This document shows, one piece after another, positions 18,792 to 28,568 of a DNA stretch of 64,000 nucleotides. How positions within the stretch are numbered: the stretch's first letter is position 1; every line of letters starts with the position of its first letter. The translations under genes and the position numbers were made by a program. Source of the DNA: a virus. The DNA lies in IMG/VR virus record IMGVR_UViG_3300045988_086138; one strand, written 5' to 3'. The notes beneath the pieces were generated by a model. It saw nothing but the letters and a program-made list of their open reading frames with translations, did not search any database and was not told the origin of the DNA.

Positions 18792-18938
18792 ATGGGCAAT
18801 GTAATTATAACTTCCGTAAGTGGGAAAGAGCATGAACTTTCCGATTCTGAACAAGAATTTTATAATGACCTAACTGAATTAGGTGAAGAAGAGATATTAG
18901 AGGTTTGGTTGAAGAATTTAACTTTATATGATTCATGA
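18792..18938 (+). CDS. hypothetical small acidic protein (48 aa)
   Basis: Below the ORF-track size cutoff. Manual translation gives MGNVIITSVSGKEHELSDSEQEFYNDLTELGEEEILEVWLKNLTLYDS. It fills an otherwise empty gap. Confidence 0.3.
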   Translation: MGNVIITSVSGKEHELSDSEQEFYNDLTELGEEEILEVWLKNLTLYDS

Positions 18939-19137
18939 TATGAAACAGTTTATTAAAGAATGGTGTAGAAATATGGTTATAGCTATTGCTATTCTCTTTT
19001 ATATAGCCATATTTATGGGTGGTATCTATTTTTTAGATGATGGTACATTAAAAGGTTTTATATATGTAGGTTTATGGGTTTTGTTTGTATCTATAACTAC
19101 AATAACCTCGTATATCCAATATAATAAAGAGAAATGA
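18928..19137 (+). CDS. small membrane protein
   Basis: Two hydrophobic segments (VIAIAILFYIAIFMGGIYF, FIYVGLWVLFVSITTI). Confidence 0.45.
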   Translation: MIHDMKQFIKEWCRNMVIAIAILFYIAIFMGGIYFLDDGTLKGFIYVGLWVLFVSITTITSYIQYNKEK

Positions 19138-19955
19138 GAGAACCAAGTATTCATATAACTAAGTCTCAATTTGAGGAAATATTAAATACCTTAGAGGTAG
19201 ATAACTTCCCAGTTGAGGCTTTTTTTGTTATTGCACGAAAAGAGGCAATAAATCATAGAGCAGTCTTAGTTTCTAATAATAAGAATACTAAGCGAGTTAA
19301 TAACATATTACTAGCATCTAAGGGGGATGCTGCCCTTGTTGCTGATATTTTGTATGCAACCCGTATAAAATTAAAACATAGGGGAGTTCGGAAAATAAAC
19401 GAGAGTAATTCTCGAGAATGGGCAAATTGTAAAAAGCTTGCTGAAATATGTAATACTTTTTGTGAGGATTTTAAATTTGATACTCGTGAAGGCTTTATCA
19501 AATATATAGAGACTGGATTAAAAAGGATGACTGATTATCGTAATGTTATGCAAAGGTTGATATCCATGCAGGATAACATTACTAATCAAACTGAGGCTGA
19601 GATTAAATTACAATCAGCAGATTTGGAACTCACTGCTAAGGTACATGATTATTTTGTAAGTAAGATTGCTAAGGCAACTGGTATATATGAATCTTATGAA
19701 AATCAACCAGAGGAGTATGTACATTTTGCTTATGTAGCAGCATTCTTAGAGGAAGAAGGTTGGGATTATGAGGATTTCATAGATGCTCAGTTTGAATCTC
19801 TGGCATGGTGTAATGGGTTACCAGATATTGCTCAATTATATACTGATAAAGCAGTAGAAAGATACAATAAGTATTTATATAAGAATAAGAATAAACAATT
19901 ACTTGAAGATGAACCTACAGTAGAGGGGAGTCTTTGGGATAAAATCCAAAAATAA
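19134..19955 (+). CDS. hypothetical protein
   Basis: 273-aa ORF with an ATGA-type overlap to the upstream gene. No motif recognised. Confidence 0.55.
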   Translation: MREPSIHITKSQFEEILNTLEVDNFPVEAFFVIARKEAINHRAVLVSNNKNTKRVNNILLASKGDAALVADILYATRIKLKHRGVRKINESNSREWANCKKLAEICNTFCEDFKFDTREGFIKYIETGLKRMTDYRNVMQRLISMQDNITNQTEAEIKLQSADLELTAKVHDYFVSKIAKATGIYESYENQPEEYVHFAYVAAFLEEEGWDYEDFIDAQFESLAWCNGLPDIAQLYTDKAVERYNKYLYKNKNKQLLEDEPTVEGSLWDKIQK

Positions 19956-19956
19956 T

Positions 19957-20544
19957 ATGAAAGGTTTACAATTTTTAGGGAACAGAGTAGAGGATGCAGC
20001 TAATGCTTTTATTGATGTCCTCAAGTATTCAGACCAATCAGTAGAGTATCCCGATTTTAAGGATATCGAACCTTGGCCTGATGAGATAGTTAATATGTTC
20101 TATGTAATTTGGAAGAATGCTAAATTCTCAGAACTAAGTGCAATCATTATGTATACTCAGCAGTCATCCCAATTTAAAGAGATTTCGGAATTGATGCTGG
20201 GTATTGGGTTAGTAGAAATGAGGCATCTTGATAAGATATCCGATTTCATACAGTTAGCAGACCCCTATGAAAATTACTCTGTAATCAACATTAACCCTAC
20301 AATTGAAATAGGTCCTACTTGGGAACAGGCTTTGAAGATTGCCTGGGATTCTGAGATAGAAACCATAGGTCACTATAAGAAGATTCAAAAGGCAATCGGT
20401 CAATACAAAGAACGACCCGATTATGATGATGTGAATTATTTCCTTGAGAAACTTATGGCAGATGAGGAACATCATATCAAACTTCTCAAGGAAGCTTTGG
20501 GAGTAGATAAGGGTACTAAAGGTGTAACTGTAATCATCAAGTGA
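19957..20544 (+). CDS. ferritin-like di-iron/manganese protein (CotJC / Mn-catalase-like)
   Basis: Paired ExxH motifs in helical context: LVEMRHLDKI and MADEEHHIKLLKEAL, plus DSEIETIGHY. Confidence 0.5.
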   Translation: MKGLQFLGNRVEDAANAFIDVLKYSDQSVEYPDFKDIEPWPDEIVNMFYVIWKNAKFSELSAIIMYTQQSSQFKEISELMLGIGLVEMRHLDKISDFIQLADPYENYSVININPTIEIGPTWEQALKIAWDSEIETIGHYKKIQKAIGQYKERPDYDDVNYFLEKLMADEEHHIKLLKEALGVDKGTKGVTVIIK

Positions 20545-22028
20545 GTAAGATAATTATTCAGAATGGTAATATGTGCGAACTGGACTTACCTCTTAAGTTC
20601 GCACAGAAACTTTATAATGAGTTTGCCATTCGACACCCGAATGCTTTCTACTTACGTACAAGGCAAAGAGGTATGCAGAATTGGGATGGTAAGATTCACT
20701 ACATCACCAAGACTGGGCAATTTAAAATAGGTTTACTCCCAAAGGTATATGAAAGATGTATTGAGATGGGGATTAAACCTAAAGTTGTAGATATGCGTCA
20801 ACCTTTACCTAAAGTCAGTAAAGTTGTTACGAAGATAGGCAAATATAAACTAAGACCAGAACAAGAGAAAGCAGTCAAGGCTGTAATCAATAATACCATT
20901 GGAGGTAAACCATTTCATATCGGAGTATTGGATTACACGGTTAATGCAGGTAAAACTCTTATTATGTCGTCTTTATATTTATCCTATAAGAAGCAGTTAA
21001 AGACTTTGCTAATAACTAATGACTCTGATTGGTTAAACCAGGCTAGAGAAGAATTTAAGCAATATCTCCCGGGAGAAGATATCACCTTTGTTCAAGGTAA
21101 AGTTTTAAACTGGAGTAACTTCACTATTGGTATGGTTCAATCTATTTCTCGTAATATGAGATTCTATCAGAAGGAATTATCTCAAGTAGATATGGTACTT
21201 ATTGATGAGGCTGACCAAGGAGGTAGTAAGCAATATCAGAATGTAATTACTCGGTTATTTAATACTCGTATTCGTATAGGATTATCTGGTACAATTTATA
21301 TGAGTAAGCTTGCTAAGGATAAGGTTAAGAATATGAACCTTGAATGTTTCTTTGGTAAGGTAATCGCTGAGTTCAAACTTAAGGATTCTATTAAGAAGGG
21401 TTACTCAACTAAAACAATCGTAAAGATGGTACCTGGTAAACCTTGGTATGGTAATTGGGAATCAGATTGTATATCTTATAAGGAAATATATGATGATTCT
21501 ATTACTGATAATAACACTGCCTGGACTATGGCTTGGGATAGATTAAGGTGGAATTTAAGGCAAGGTAGATTTCCTGCACTTGTAGTATGTAAGCATATTG
21601 CACATTGTGAAAATCTATATGAGTTCTTTAAAAATAGACTGGGTGATGCCTATAATATTGCCTATGTGCATGTTAATACTCCCACTAAATTAAGACAACA
21701 AATAATGAAGGATTTTAGAGAAGGTAAGATTGATATCCTGGTATCAACTACAATCATAGCTCGAGGTAAAAACTTTCCTAAGCTTAGGTATTTATTAAAT
21801 ACTGCCAGTATGGATAGCCAAGAAAAATCTATTCAGTTCCTTGGACGTTTGGTAAGAACCGATGAATCCAAAAAGAAAGTATACCTTGATGACCTTCATT
21901 ATCCCGGTAATTATTTGAATAGGCATGGTAAACATAGGAAGCAATATTATCAGAGACAAGAATTGAAGGTCATATTATTAGATAAGCTTTGGAAGAATCA
22001 TACTAACCATAGCCTTAATCAGAGTTAA
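20541..22028 (+). CDS. superfamily 2 DEAD-box DNA/RNA helicase
   Basis: Walker A TVNAGKT, DEAD box LIDEADQG, and SGT motif, with C-terminal helicase motifs (VSTTIIARGKNFP, GRLVR). The GTG start overlaps the upstream stop. Confidence 0.75.
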   Translation: MSKIIIQNGNMCELDLPLKFAQKLYNEFAIRHPNAFYLRTRQRGMQNWDGKIHYITKTGQFKIGLLPKVYERCIEMGIKPKVVDMRQPLPKVSKVVTKIGKYKLRPEQEKAVKAVINNTIGGKPFHIGVLDYTVNAGKTLIMSSLYLSYKKQLKTLLITNDSDWLNQAREEFKQYLPGEDITFVQGKVLNWSNFTIGMVQSISRNMRFYQKELSQVDMVLIDEADQGGSKQYQNVITRLFNTRIRIGLSGTIYMSKLAKDKVKNMNLECFFGKVIAEFKLKDSIKKGYSTKTIVKMVPGKPWYGNWESDCISYKEIYDDSITDNNTAWTMAWDRLRWNLRQGRFPALVVCKHIAHCENLYEFFKNRLGDAYNIAYVHVNTPTKLRQQIMKDFREGKIDILVSTTIIARGKNFPKLRYLLNTASMDSQEKSIQFLGRLVRTDESKKKVYLDDLHYPGNYLNRHGKHRKQYYQRQELKVILLDKLWKNHTNHSLNQS

Positions 22029-22100
22029 CTAGAAGTACTATGAGTAATTACTTTTCTCCGTAGGAGGAAATAATTACATCCTAATAAGCATACGGGCATT

Positions 22101-22322
22101 ATGAATAATGATAAGTTAATATGTATCAGAGAAGAGGATGATAGTAAACTAACCCAATTACAATCAGAAGGTTATAGGATAATCCAAATCTCTGCCTCAG
22201 GTATCTACTGTTGGGTACTACTAAGGAAACCAAATTTTACTAAAAAAGACATAAAAGGATTTTTCAATGAAAACACTAAGCCAAATATTAAACCAGGTGA
22301 AGGCATTATTAAAAGGACCTGA
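22101..22322 (+). CDS. hypothetical protein
   Basis: ORF-track ORF, co-directional. No motif recognised. Confidence 0.4.
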   Translation: MNNDKLICIREEDDSKLTQLQSEGYRIIQISASGIYCWVLLRKPNFTKKDIKGFFNENTKPNIKPGEGIIKRT

Positions 22323-22614
22323 ACCTAATCCTCAACATGTATTTAATTGTAGGGATATTGCATGGATAACCGATATTAAATCTACTCGGTTCTCACCAGA
22401 TAAGTATATTAAGTATTTTTTCTTGTATTTCAATTCTGGGTTGGAAGTAAAGATCTGTCAAGATACTCAAGATGAAAACTGCCCAGAACTTGAAGAACTT
22501 AGGAAACTATTTATTAATAGCATCGGATATTCCTATGTCAGTATAGACTACCCATCTACTCAAGATAAGGAAGATGGTGGTATATACATTATGTCTCATC
22601 GAAAAAAGAATTAG
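22267..22614 (+). CDS. hypothetical protein
   Basis: ORF-track ORF that overlaps the upstream ORF by 56 nt. Start uncertain. Confidence 0.4.
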   Translation: MKTLSQILNQVKALLKGPEPNPQHVFNCRDIAWITDIKSTRFSPDKYIKYFFLYFNSGLEVKICQDTQDENCPELEELRKLFINSIGYSYVSIDYPSTQDKEDGGIYIMSHRKKN

Positions 22615-22617
22615 TAT

Positions 22618-23007
22618 ATGAGTAAGAAAAAGAAACAACTTCCCGATTTATCAAAGCAAGATATACTGACACCAATAGATGTCAGTACTCTTGGTACTAA
22701 TGGGGACCCATGTTTTGGTATTGGGTATGATTTATCAACTAAAGAATGTAAATTATGCGGAGACTCAGAATTGTGTGCATTCAAGATGTCCCAGAATTTG
22801 AACATTACAAGGAAAGAATTAGAACAGAAGAATCAATACAAAGATTTGGATGTATTGGAAGACACGGTTGGTATCAAGAAATACATCCGAGGCTTGATTC
22901 GGAAAGGGAAAGACAGAAAAGAAATTATCTCAAAGACAGTTGAGAAATTCGAAGTACCTAAGAAACGTATTAGAGAACTTTATAGAGAATGCAATGCAAA
23001 AGATTGA
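22618..23007 (+). CDS. hypothetical protein (Cys cluster, basic C-terminus)
   Basis: 129 aa with CFGIGYDLSTKECKLCGDSELC. No family recognised. Confidence 0.5.
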   Translation: MSKKKKQLPDLSKQDILTPIDVSTLGTNGDPCFGIGYDLSTKECKLCGDSELCAFKMSQNLNITRKELEQKNQYKDLDVLEDTVGIKKYIRGLIRKGKDRKEIISKTVEKFEVPKKRIRELYRECNAKD

Positions 23008-23194
23008 TATGATATGGGCAATGTTTAAGTTATATCTTAACAACCCAAATTATTATGTACGGCAAGATGATGTTCTTGCTGATTTGTTTATGCAGGGTGA
23101 ATATGACGTAGAAAGATTCTGTCATTCACTCGGAGTAACTCCTCAACGAGGATTAACCTTTGGACAACTTTTAAAACAGTGTAATATATTATGA
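22994..23194 (+). CDS. hypothetical protein
   Basis: In-frame ATGs at 22940, 22994 and 23009. The true start is uncertain. Confidence 0.4.
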   Translation: MQKIDMIWAMFKLYLNNPNYYVRQDDVLADLFMQGEYDVERFCHSLGVTPQRGLTFGQLLKQCNIL

Positions 23195-23730
23195 ACAGAT
23201 TCAGATTTATCAAAGTAAGGGAGGTAGTATCTCCAAACAGAGCAAACCCAAATGATGCTGGGTTAGATTTTTATGTACCAACCGATTTATATCCAGAGCA
23301 TATTCATTCTAAAAATGAATTAGACTCAGAAGGTTATGATTTAGATGTTCCTTTTGGTGAAGCCTTTGTAAGGCATATAGCTTTAAAACCTGGACATCGT
23401 ATACTTATCCCATCTGGTATTAGGGGATTGCTTGAACCACCTGCCTCTATGTTAATGGCTGCTAATAAGTCCGGTATAGTTACTAAGCAAGGTTTACTCT
23501 TTACAGCTGAGATAGTAGATTCCCCTTATGTAGGAGAGATACATATCGGAGTATATAATGCTTCTGATAAGTCTCAAGTTATCGAATGTGGCAAGAAGCT
23601 TATACAGTTCATACATGTTCCTATCTACATCACAGAGCCAGAAGAGATTCAACAAGAAGAATTCTATACTGAGTCTCAAATGTGGGGAAGTAGAGGAGAT
23701 AAGGGATTTGGTTCATCTCAAAATAAATAA
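23191..23730 (+). CDS. dut: dUTP pyrophosphatase (trimeric dUTPase)
   Basis: Motifs AGLDFYVP, IPSGI, VDSPYVGEIHIGVYN and C-terminal SRGDKGFGSS. Confidence 0.8.
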   Translation: MNRFRFIKVREVVSPNRANPNDAGLDFYVPTDLYPEHIHSKNELDSEGYDLDVPFGEAFVRHIALKPGHRILIPSGIRGLLEPPASMLMAANKSGIVTKQGLLFTAEIVDSPYVGEIHIGVYNASDKSQVIECGKKLIQFIHVPIYITEPEEIQQEEFYTESQMWGSRGDKGFGSSQNK

Positions 23731-23735
23731 ACATC

Positions 23736-24575
23736 ATGGATGTAAGAAACATAAGAGAAGAGGTGCCCAATATAAAAGAAACAGAGGTACTTCCACAGAT
23801 GTATATCTTAGGGTTAGAACAATTAAATGGGTATAGACAAATAGAATCACTACCAGAGTATCCCTTAGATATAAATAACCCTAAGAGCCAAGTTATACTT
23901 AAGGATTTTATTGGTAGGGTAATCGAAGAATTAACTGAAGGCTTTGAATCTACAGATTTCGTGGTAGCTATATACCAAAAACATGGGTGGAATAATGATT
24001 GCTTAACTGAGGAAGAATATACCGAAGTACTTAATCATCTAGCAAATGCAAATGAAGAACAAGCAGATGCTTTAGGATTCTTCTTTACTTTGCTTATATA
24101 TTCCAATATATTGCCAGAGGATATACTTGCATACAATAATGCAAAAAACCTATTTGAGGTAATGGCTATCGGGGTAAAGGAATTAATAACTAAGTACCCG
24201 GATTATCATATAAAGAAATATCCCATATTAAATCCAGAGGACTATGTAGGTGATGTGGACCAACCAGACTGGGACAAGCTAGTTTCATATACACCAGGCT
24301 TTCATAATATGAGTGACTTATCTCATGAAACTGAGAAGTTATATCTATGGGAAGTTATATACGAACTGAATAAGGCAAGGAATTTCCTTAAATGCCGTCC
24401 TTGGAAACAAACTTCGGTAATGACTAAAGAGATAGAATTTCAGGAGTCATTAGTAAAATCATTATATATATATATGGGATTCCTTGCATTAAACGGGTTC
24501 ACTACTCAGGGTTTATTTGGATTATTCTTTAAAAAACAACGCCTCAACTTATGGAGGCAACAAACTAATTATTAA
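23736..24575 (+). CDS. MazG-type all-alpha NTP pyrophosphohydrolase-like protein
   Basis: GRVIEELTEGFES ... NEEQADALGFFFTLLIY matches the EExxE ... ExxD helix pair of the MazG/dCTPase superfamily. Confidence 0.5.
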   Translation: MDVRNIREEVPNIKETEVLPQMYILGLEQLNGYRQIESLPEYPLDINNPKSQVILKDFIGRVIEELTEGFESTDFVVAIYQKHGWNNDCLTEEEYTEVLNHLANANEEQADALGFFFTLLIYSNILPEDILAYNNAKNLFEVMAIGVKELITKYPDYHIKKYPILNPEDYVGDVDQPDWDKLVSYTPGFHNMSDLSHETEKLYLWEVIYELNKARNFLKCRPWKQTSVMTKEIEFQESLVKSLYIYMGFLALNGFTTQGLFGLFFKKQRLNLWRQQTNY

Positions 24576-24576
24576 C

Positions 24577-25488
24577 GTGTCAGGATGGAATAAAAAATTA
24601 GAGGGACTTCAACTAAATACGGAGGAGTCCCTCCATTCGTTAGAATTTGCTACTTCACAAGAAGCTTGGGAAAAACTCAATGAGGGATTCTTAAGATTAG
24701 ACCCAATCCTATTTGGGAAAGGAGCTATGGCTAATAGTGGGGTAGCAGTAGTGTATAATGTATTTATAAAAATACGTAAAGCATGGGTAGACCCAGAATT
24801 TGATTATGGAAGATGTTTCAATTACAAAGAAACTAAGTGGACTAGCTTATTGAATAACTACATAGATTTTAATAAGCTTGACTTATTGCGTAGTAAACTG
24901 AGAGTACTGAGAAATAAGTACAATCAGAATTACAATATAACCTATATGTTTAACAATCATCATGATAATGGGAAACAATGTCTAATAGCAGCGACTTTTT
25001 CAAAACGATTCGGGGAGGACATCCCAGTTATTACAATGGTAGTTCGGGCTTCGGAGATTACCAAGAGGTTAATATTCGATTTCCTATTAATTCAACGAAT
25101 GTCAGAGTACGTATATGGTCCGGACCAGTCAGTACAAATCAATCTATTTGCGACTCAAATGTACGGAAATGTGGAGACTCTTCTAATGTATCATACCCAT
25201 AAACCTTTGAAGAAGGTACTAAAGGGAGCAGAAGAGAATTCATGGAATAAGAGGGTGAAGGAAATATGGAAGAAATTTCAAAATGGTACGGAGAAAGATT
25301 TCTCTTCATTCAAGGTATTCTTTAGAAGTTTTAAAGTACTCAGACCAGATTTATATGAGGAAACATATAAATCAATGAAAGCAAAAGAATTACTTCTTGA
25401 ATATGAGGATATTGAATATCCCGAGAATGTAATCTCTTACTCTCAACGTAAAGCATATAAGAAGAAACTTTTAAAACAGAAGAAATGA
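24577..25488 (+). CDS. divergent thymidylate synthase-fold protein (paralog 1)
   Basis: GKQCLIAATF and VVRASEITKRLIFDFLLIQRM align by eye to the ThyA PCH and RSxD...N regions. GTG 24577 follows the upstream stop. The TTG at 24517 is an alternative start. Confidence 0.45.
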   Translation: MSGWNKKLEGLQLNTEESLHSLEFATSQEAWEKLNEGFLRLDPILFGKGAMANSGVAVVYNVFIKIRKAWVDPEFDYGRCFNYKETKWTSLLNNYIDFNKLDLLRSKLRVLRNKYNQNYNITYMFNNHHDNGKQCLIAATFSKRFGEDIPVITMVVRASEITKRLIFDFLLIQRMSEYVYGPDQSVQINLFATQMYGNVETLLMYHTHKPLKKVLKGAEENSWNKRVKEIWKKFQNGTEKDFSSFKVFFRSFKVLRPDLYEETYKSMKAKELLLEYEDIEYPENVISYSQRKAYKKKLLKQKK

Positions 25489-26222
25489 GGATATATTCTA
25501 ACAGCTTTGAGTTAATGTCAGAACTTGGCAGAGAACTCAACAGTTATGGTCAAACTGTAAAACCAAAGACCTATCAGAATCAAGTAATTGAAGGTAATGA
25601 GGATTTTATAACAAAGGAACTCATTTGCCAACAATATTGCTTAACTTCACTTGGAGACCCAATATGGTTATTTGTATTCTCTCATTCAAAAGAATGGGCA
25701 GATGCAGAATTTAAAGAGAGAGTATCTAATGATTGGATTAATCCCGGAGATGCTTGGGAATTAAGGAAAGATTTATGGGAACAGTTTTTAGTAGATGGTC
25801 AATTTGATTATACCTATAATGAAAGAATGGCCTGGGTATTACCAAATTTGGTAGACCTTTTAAAAGAAGACCAAGATACTCGTAAAGCTATTCTTCCTAT
25901 ATTTAATGGTAGAGGTGAAATAGATACTGATTATTATGATGGAAGTCAACGTATCCCATGTTCTATGTATTATGATTTTTTAATCAGGGCGAACGGTAAA
26001 GGAGAGAAGGTATTACATATTTGTTATCACCAAAGAAGTTCAGATTTTGTTACTCACTTTGGTAATGATGTATACCTTGCATGGAGACTTATGGAATATG
26101 TAGCTAAAGAGGTTGGTGTTAAACCAGGCTATTTATATCATACTATAGATTCTCTTCATGCTTATAAGAAGGATTGGTTAGCATTATCATCCAATCTGGA
26201 AGATTTACAAGAGAAATATTAA
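25485..26222 (+). CDS. thymidylate synthase / pyrimidine hydroxymethylase family enzyme (paralog 2)
   Basis: Family hallmarks: RIPCSMYYDF (catalytic Cys), CYHQRSSDFVTHFGNDVYLAW and IDSLHAYKKD. Confidence 0.75.
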   Translation: MRIYSNSFELMSELGRELNSYGQTVKPKTYQNQVIEGNEDFITKELICQQYCLTSLGDPIWLFVFSHSKEWADAEFKERVSNDWINPGDAWELRKDLWEQFLVDGQFDYTYNERMAWVLPNLVDLLKEDQDTRKAILPIFNGRGEIDTDYYDGSQRIPCSMYYDFLIRANGKGEKVLHICYHQRSSDFVTHFGNDVYLAWRLMEYVAKEVGVKPGYLYHTIDSLHAYKKDWLALSSNLEDLQEKY

Positions 26223-26229
26223 TAATGAG

Positions 26230-26265
26230 GGATGTATCTACTACTGGTGGGTATGTCCCTTTTTC
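26230..26265 (+). terminator. hairpin terminator
   Basis: About 10-bp stem 26230-26239 / 26251-26260 including G-U pairs, followed by TTTTT. Confidence 0.45.
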
Positions 26266-26276
26266 TATTTTAAAAT

Positions 26277-28568
26277 ATGGAGACACGGTATACAATAATA
26301 AAAAACAAGAAAGAGCTTAAAAAACTTATTGCTTGTTGTAAAGCTACAGGTTATGCTTGCTGTGACTACGAAACAAATGCAGAACCTATATACAACAAAA
26401 GTTTTAAGCCAACTATACTCTCAGTATCCTGGATGCCAGGATTTGGTGCTTCCATACCTCTAGACCATTTTGAAACAAAGGATTATACTTCACCTGGATG
26501 GAATTGGAAAAAGATGTTAAGGAAATTTGGGGAAGAGGTTATTGAAAATCCAGAGATAACTAAGGTTGCATGGAACTGGAAATTTGATGATCAGATTAAT
26601 CAGAAGTACTTCATATTTTATAGAGGTACATGCTTAGATGGGATGCTTGCAAAATATGTTCTCAATGAGGAAAAACCTCATGGGCTAAAGGATATGGTTA
26701 GAAGGTATCTACCAGAATATGGTGATTACGAAAAGCAAGATAAGTTCGATAAGATACCATGGGGTAAAAAGGAATTAGACCCATTATGCAAATACGGTTG
26801 TCAAGATACTGACTTTACATTACGATTAATGATATTCTTTGAGAAGAAGTTAATTGATTTAAAGATGTATTCTGTATTCCGTAACCTATTCATGTGTAAT
26901 TCACGGGTATTAACCTCTGTAGAGAAAGAAGGTTTATACCTAGATACTGAGTTCAATAAAAAGCTTTTGGAAGAATATAAACCAAAAATAGATGCTGCTA
27001 GACAAGCAATATACGACTTGCCAAAAGTAAAGAAGTTCGAAAAGAAGTACAACCAAGAAAAGATTGATAAGTACATTGAATCTATTAAAGCTGAACTTGA
27101 GGAGTTGGATTATGATGACCCAAAAGACCATCGTAAGATTGTATCAAGGGAACAGAAAATATCTAATATCAAGGCAGGTATATTCACTACTAAAAAAGAA
27201 CAAGAACTTATAAGACCCATTAATCTTGGTAGTCCAGTTGATTTACCTAAATTAATGTATTCAGAAGATGGGTTTAATTTCGATGTAATCAAGGATAATG
27301 AATCTGGTAAGCCAAGTACAGATGAAGAAACTCTTACTAATTTAAGGCTGACGGTTAAAAAACCTGATTCACCAAAAGCAATATTTCTTGATAAGCTTCT
27401 TGAATTGAGAGGGTTAGAAAAAATGTATAAGACCTATATTTATGGTTGGTGGGAAAAAGTCCAGGATGATTCTCGATTACATGGTAGGTATAATATACAT
27501 GGTACTGATTCTAACCGGTTTAGTTCTGCAGACCCAAATATGCAGCAGATACCTAAGACATCTGTAGACCCTAATATCAAGAAACAATTGATTGCTCCTC
27601 CTGGTTACTTATATATGGCATTCGACTACTCTCAGGCAGAGCTGAGAATGATGGCTCACTTATCAGGTGATGAAACCTATCTGGAAGCATTTGCTAAGGG
27701 AGTAGACCCTCATCTTGGTATAGCAGCAGCAAAATATGGAGTACCAATTGAAGAAGCAAGTAAAATATATGAAGACGAAAGTCATCCCGATTATAAACTA
27801 TGGAAGGTAAGGAGAAAGCAAGCTAAACAAATTGCATTTGGACTTATCTATGGTATTGGGGATGCTTTACTAGCAGTAAAATTATCAGACCCCAAAGCTG
27901 GTATTATAGTTACCAAGGAAGAAGCTCGTAAGGAAATGGATGAGTTCTTTAAGAAACATCCTAAGATACTTAAGTTTAAAGAGAAGCAAGAGAAATTCTT
28001 ACGTAAGCATGGGTATTATACCCAGTTATTTGGTACTAAACGAAGACTCCCACAAATATATTCAAATGATAAGCAAGAAGTTGCTTATGCTATTCGTTTA
28101 GGACTTAATTTCCCATGTCAAGGTGCTGCAGCAAATATGACTAACTTTGGAGCTATCCTTGTTTATTGGTTAATGAGACAAGGTAAATTACCAATGATGA
28201 AAGAAGCTTGTACTGTCCATGATGCAGTATATATGTATTCTAAACCAAAAGATATAAATACCTGGACAGTATATACTATTTGGAATATTCTACGTAATCC
28301 AAGTACTAAGAAGTATTTCGGATTTCAAGTTGATGATGTAGATATGGATATGGACTTTACTATTGGTAGGTCAATGGCAGAAGAATTACCATTTATCCCA
28401 GGGTATGATTATAATAAAATGCTCCAACCAGATTTCTCAGTAGAGGAGTATATGGAAGAGCATAAGAAGTATAAGCATATCCACATCAAACAATTTAAGG
28501 AAAGGTTTAACAAACAGATTAAGAAATATGAAAAAGATTTTGAACGGACCCACAGTATGGCGAGCTAA
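26277..28568 (+). CDS. family A DNA polymerase with 3'-5' exonuclease domain
   Basis: Exo I CCDYETNA. Motif A DYSQAELRMMAH. Motif B RRKQAKQIAFGLIYG. Motif C CTVHDAV. Confidence 0.9.
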   Translation: METRYTIIKNKKELKKLIACCKATGYACCDYETNAEPIYNKSFKPTILSVSWMPGFGASIPLDHFETKDYTSPGWNWKKMLRKFGEEVIENPEITKVAWNWKFDDQINQKYFIFYRGTCLDGMLAKYVLNEEKPHGLKDMVRRYLPEYGDYEKQDKFDKIPWGKKELDPLCKYGCQDTDFTLRLMIFFEKKLIDLKMYSVFRNLFMCNSRVLTSVEKEGLYLDTEFNKKLLEEYKPKIDAARQAIYDLPKVKKFEKKYNQEKIDKYIESIKAELEELDYDDPKDHRKIVSREQKISNIKAGIFTTKKEQELIRPINLGSPVDLPKLMYSEDGFNFDVIKDNESGKPSTDEETLTNLRLTVKKPDSPKAIFLDKLLELRGLEKMYKTYIYGWWEKVQDDSRLHGRYNIHGTDSNRFSSADPNMQQIPKTSVDPNIKKQLIAPPGYLYMAFDYSQAELRMMAHLSGDETYLEAFAKGVDPHLGIAAAKYGVPIEEASKIYEDESHPDYKLWKVRRKQAKQIAFGLIYGIGDALLAVKLSDPKAGIIVTKEEARKEMDEFFKKHPKILKFKEKQEKFLRKHGYYTQLFGTKRRLPQIYSNDKQEVAYAIRLGLNFPCQGAAANMTNFGAILVYWLMRQGKLPMMKEACTVHDAVYMYSKPKDINTWTVYTIWNILRNPSTKKYFGFQVDDVDMDMDFTIGRSMAEELPFIPGYDYNKMLQPDFSVEEYMEEHKKYKHIHIKQFKERFNKQIKKYEKDFERTHSMAS

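Noticed and set aside
24978-25202. 74-aa ORF in an alternative frame inside the divergent TS-fold gene. The same applies to many short antisense ORFs in the track, such as 217-468, 2574-2942 and 26801-27292.
   Set aside because: They are fully embedded in longer ORFs that carry recognisable motifs or consistent operon context. They are typical chance ORFs in AT-rich DNA.
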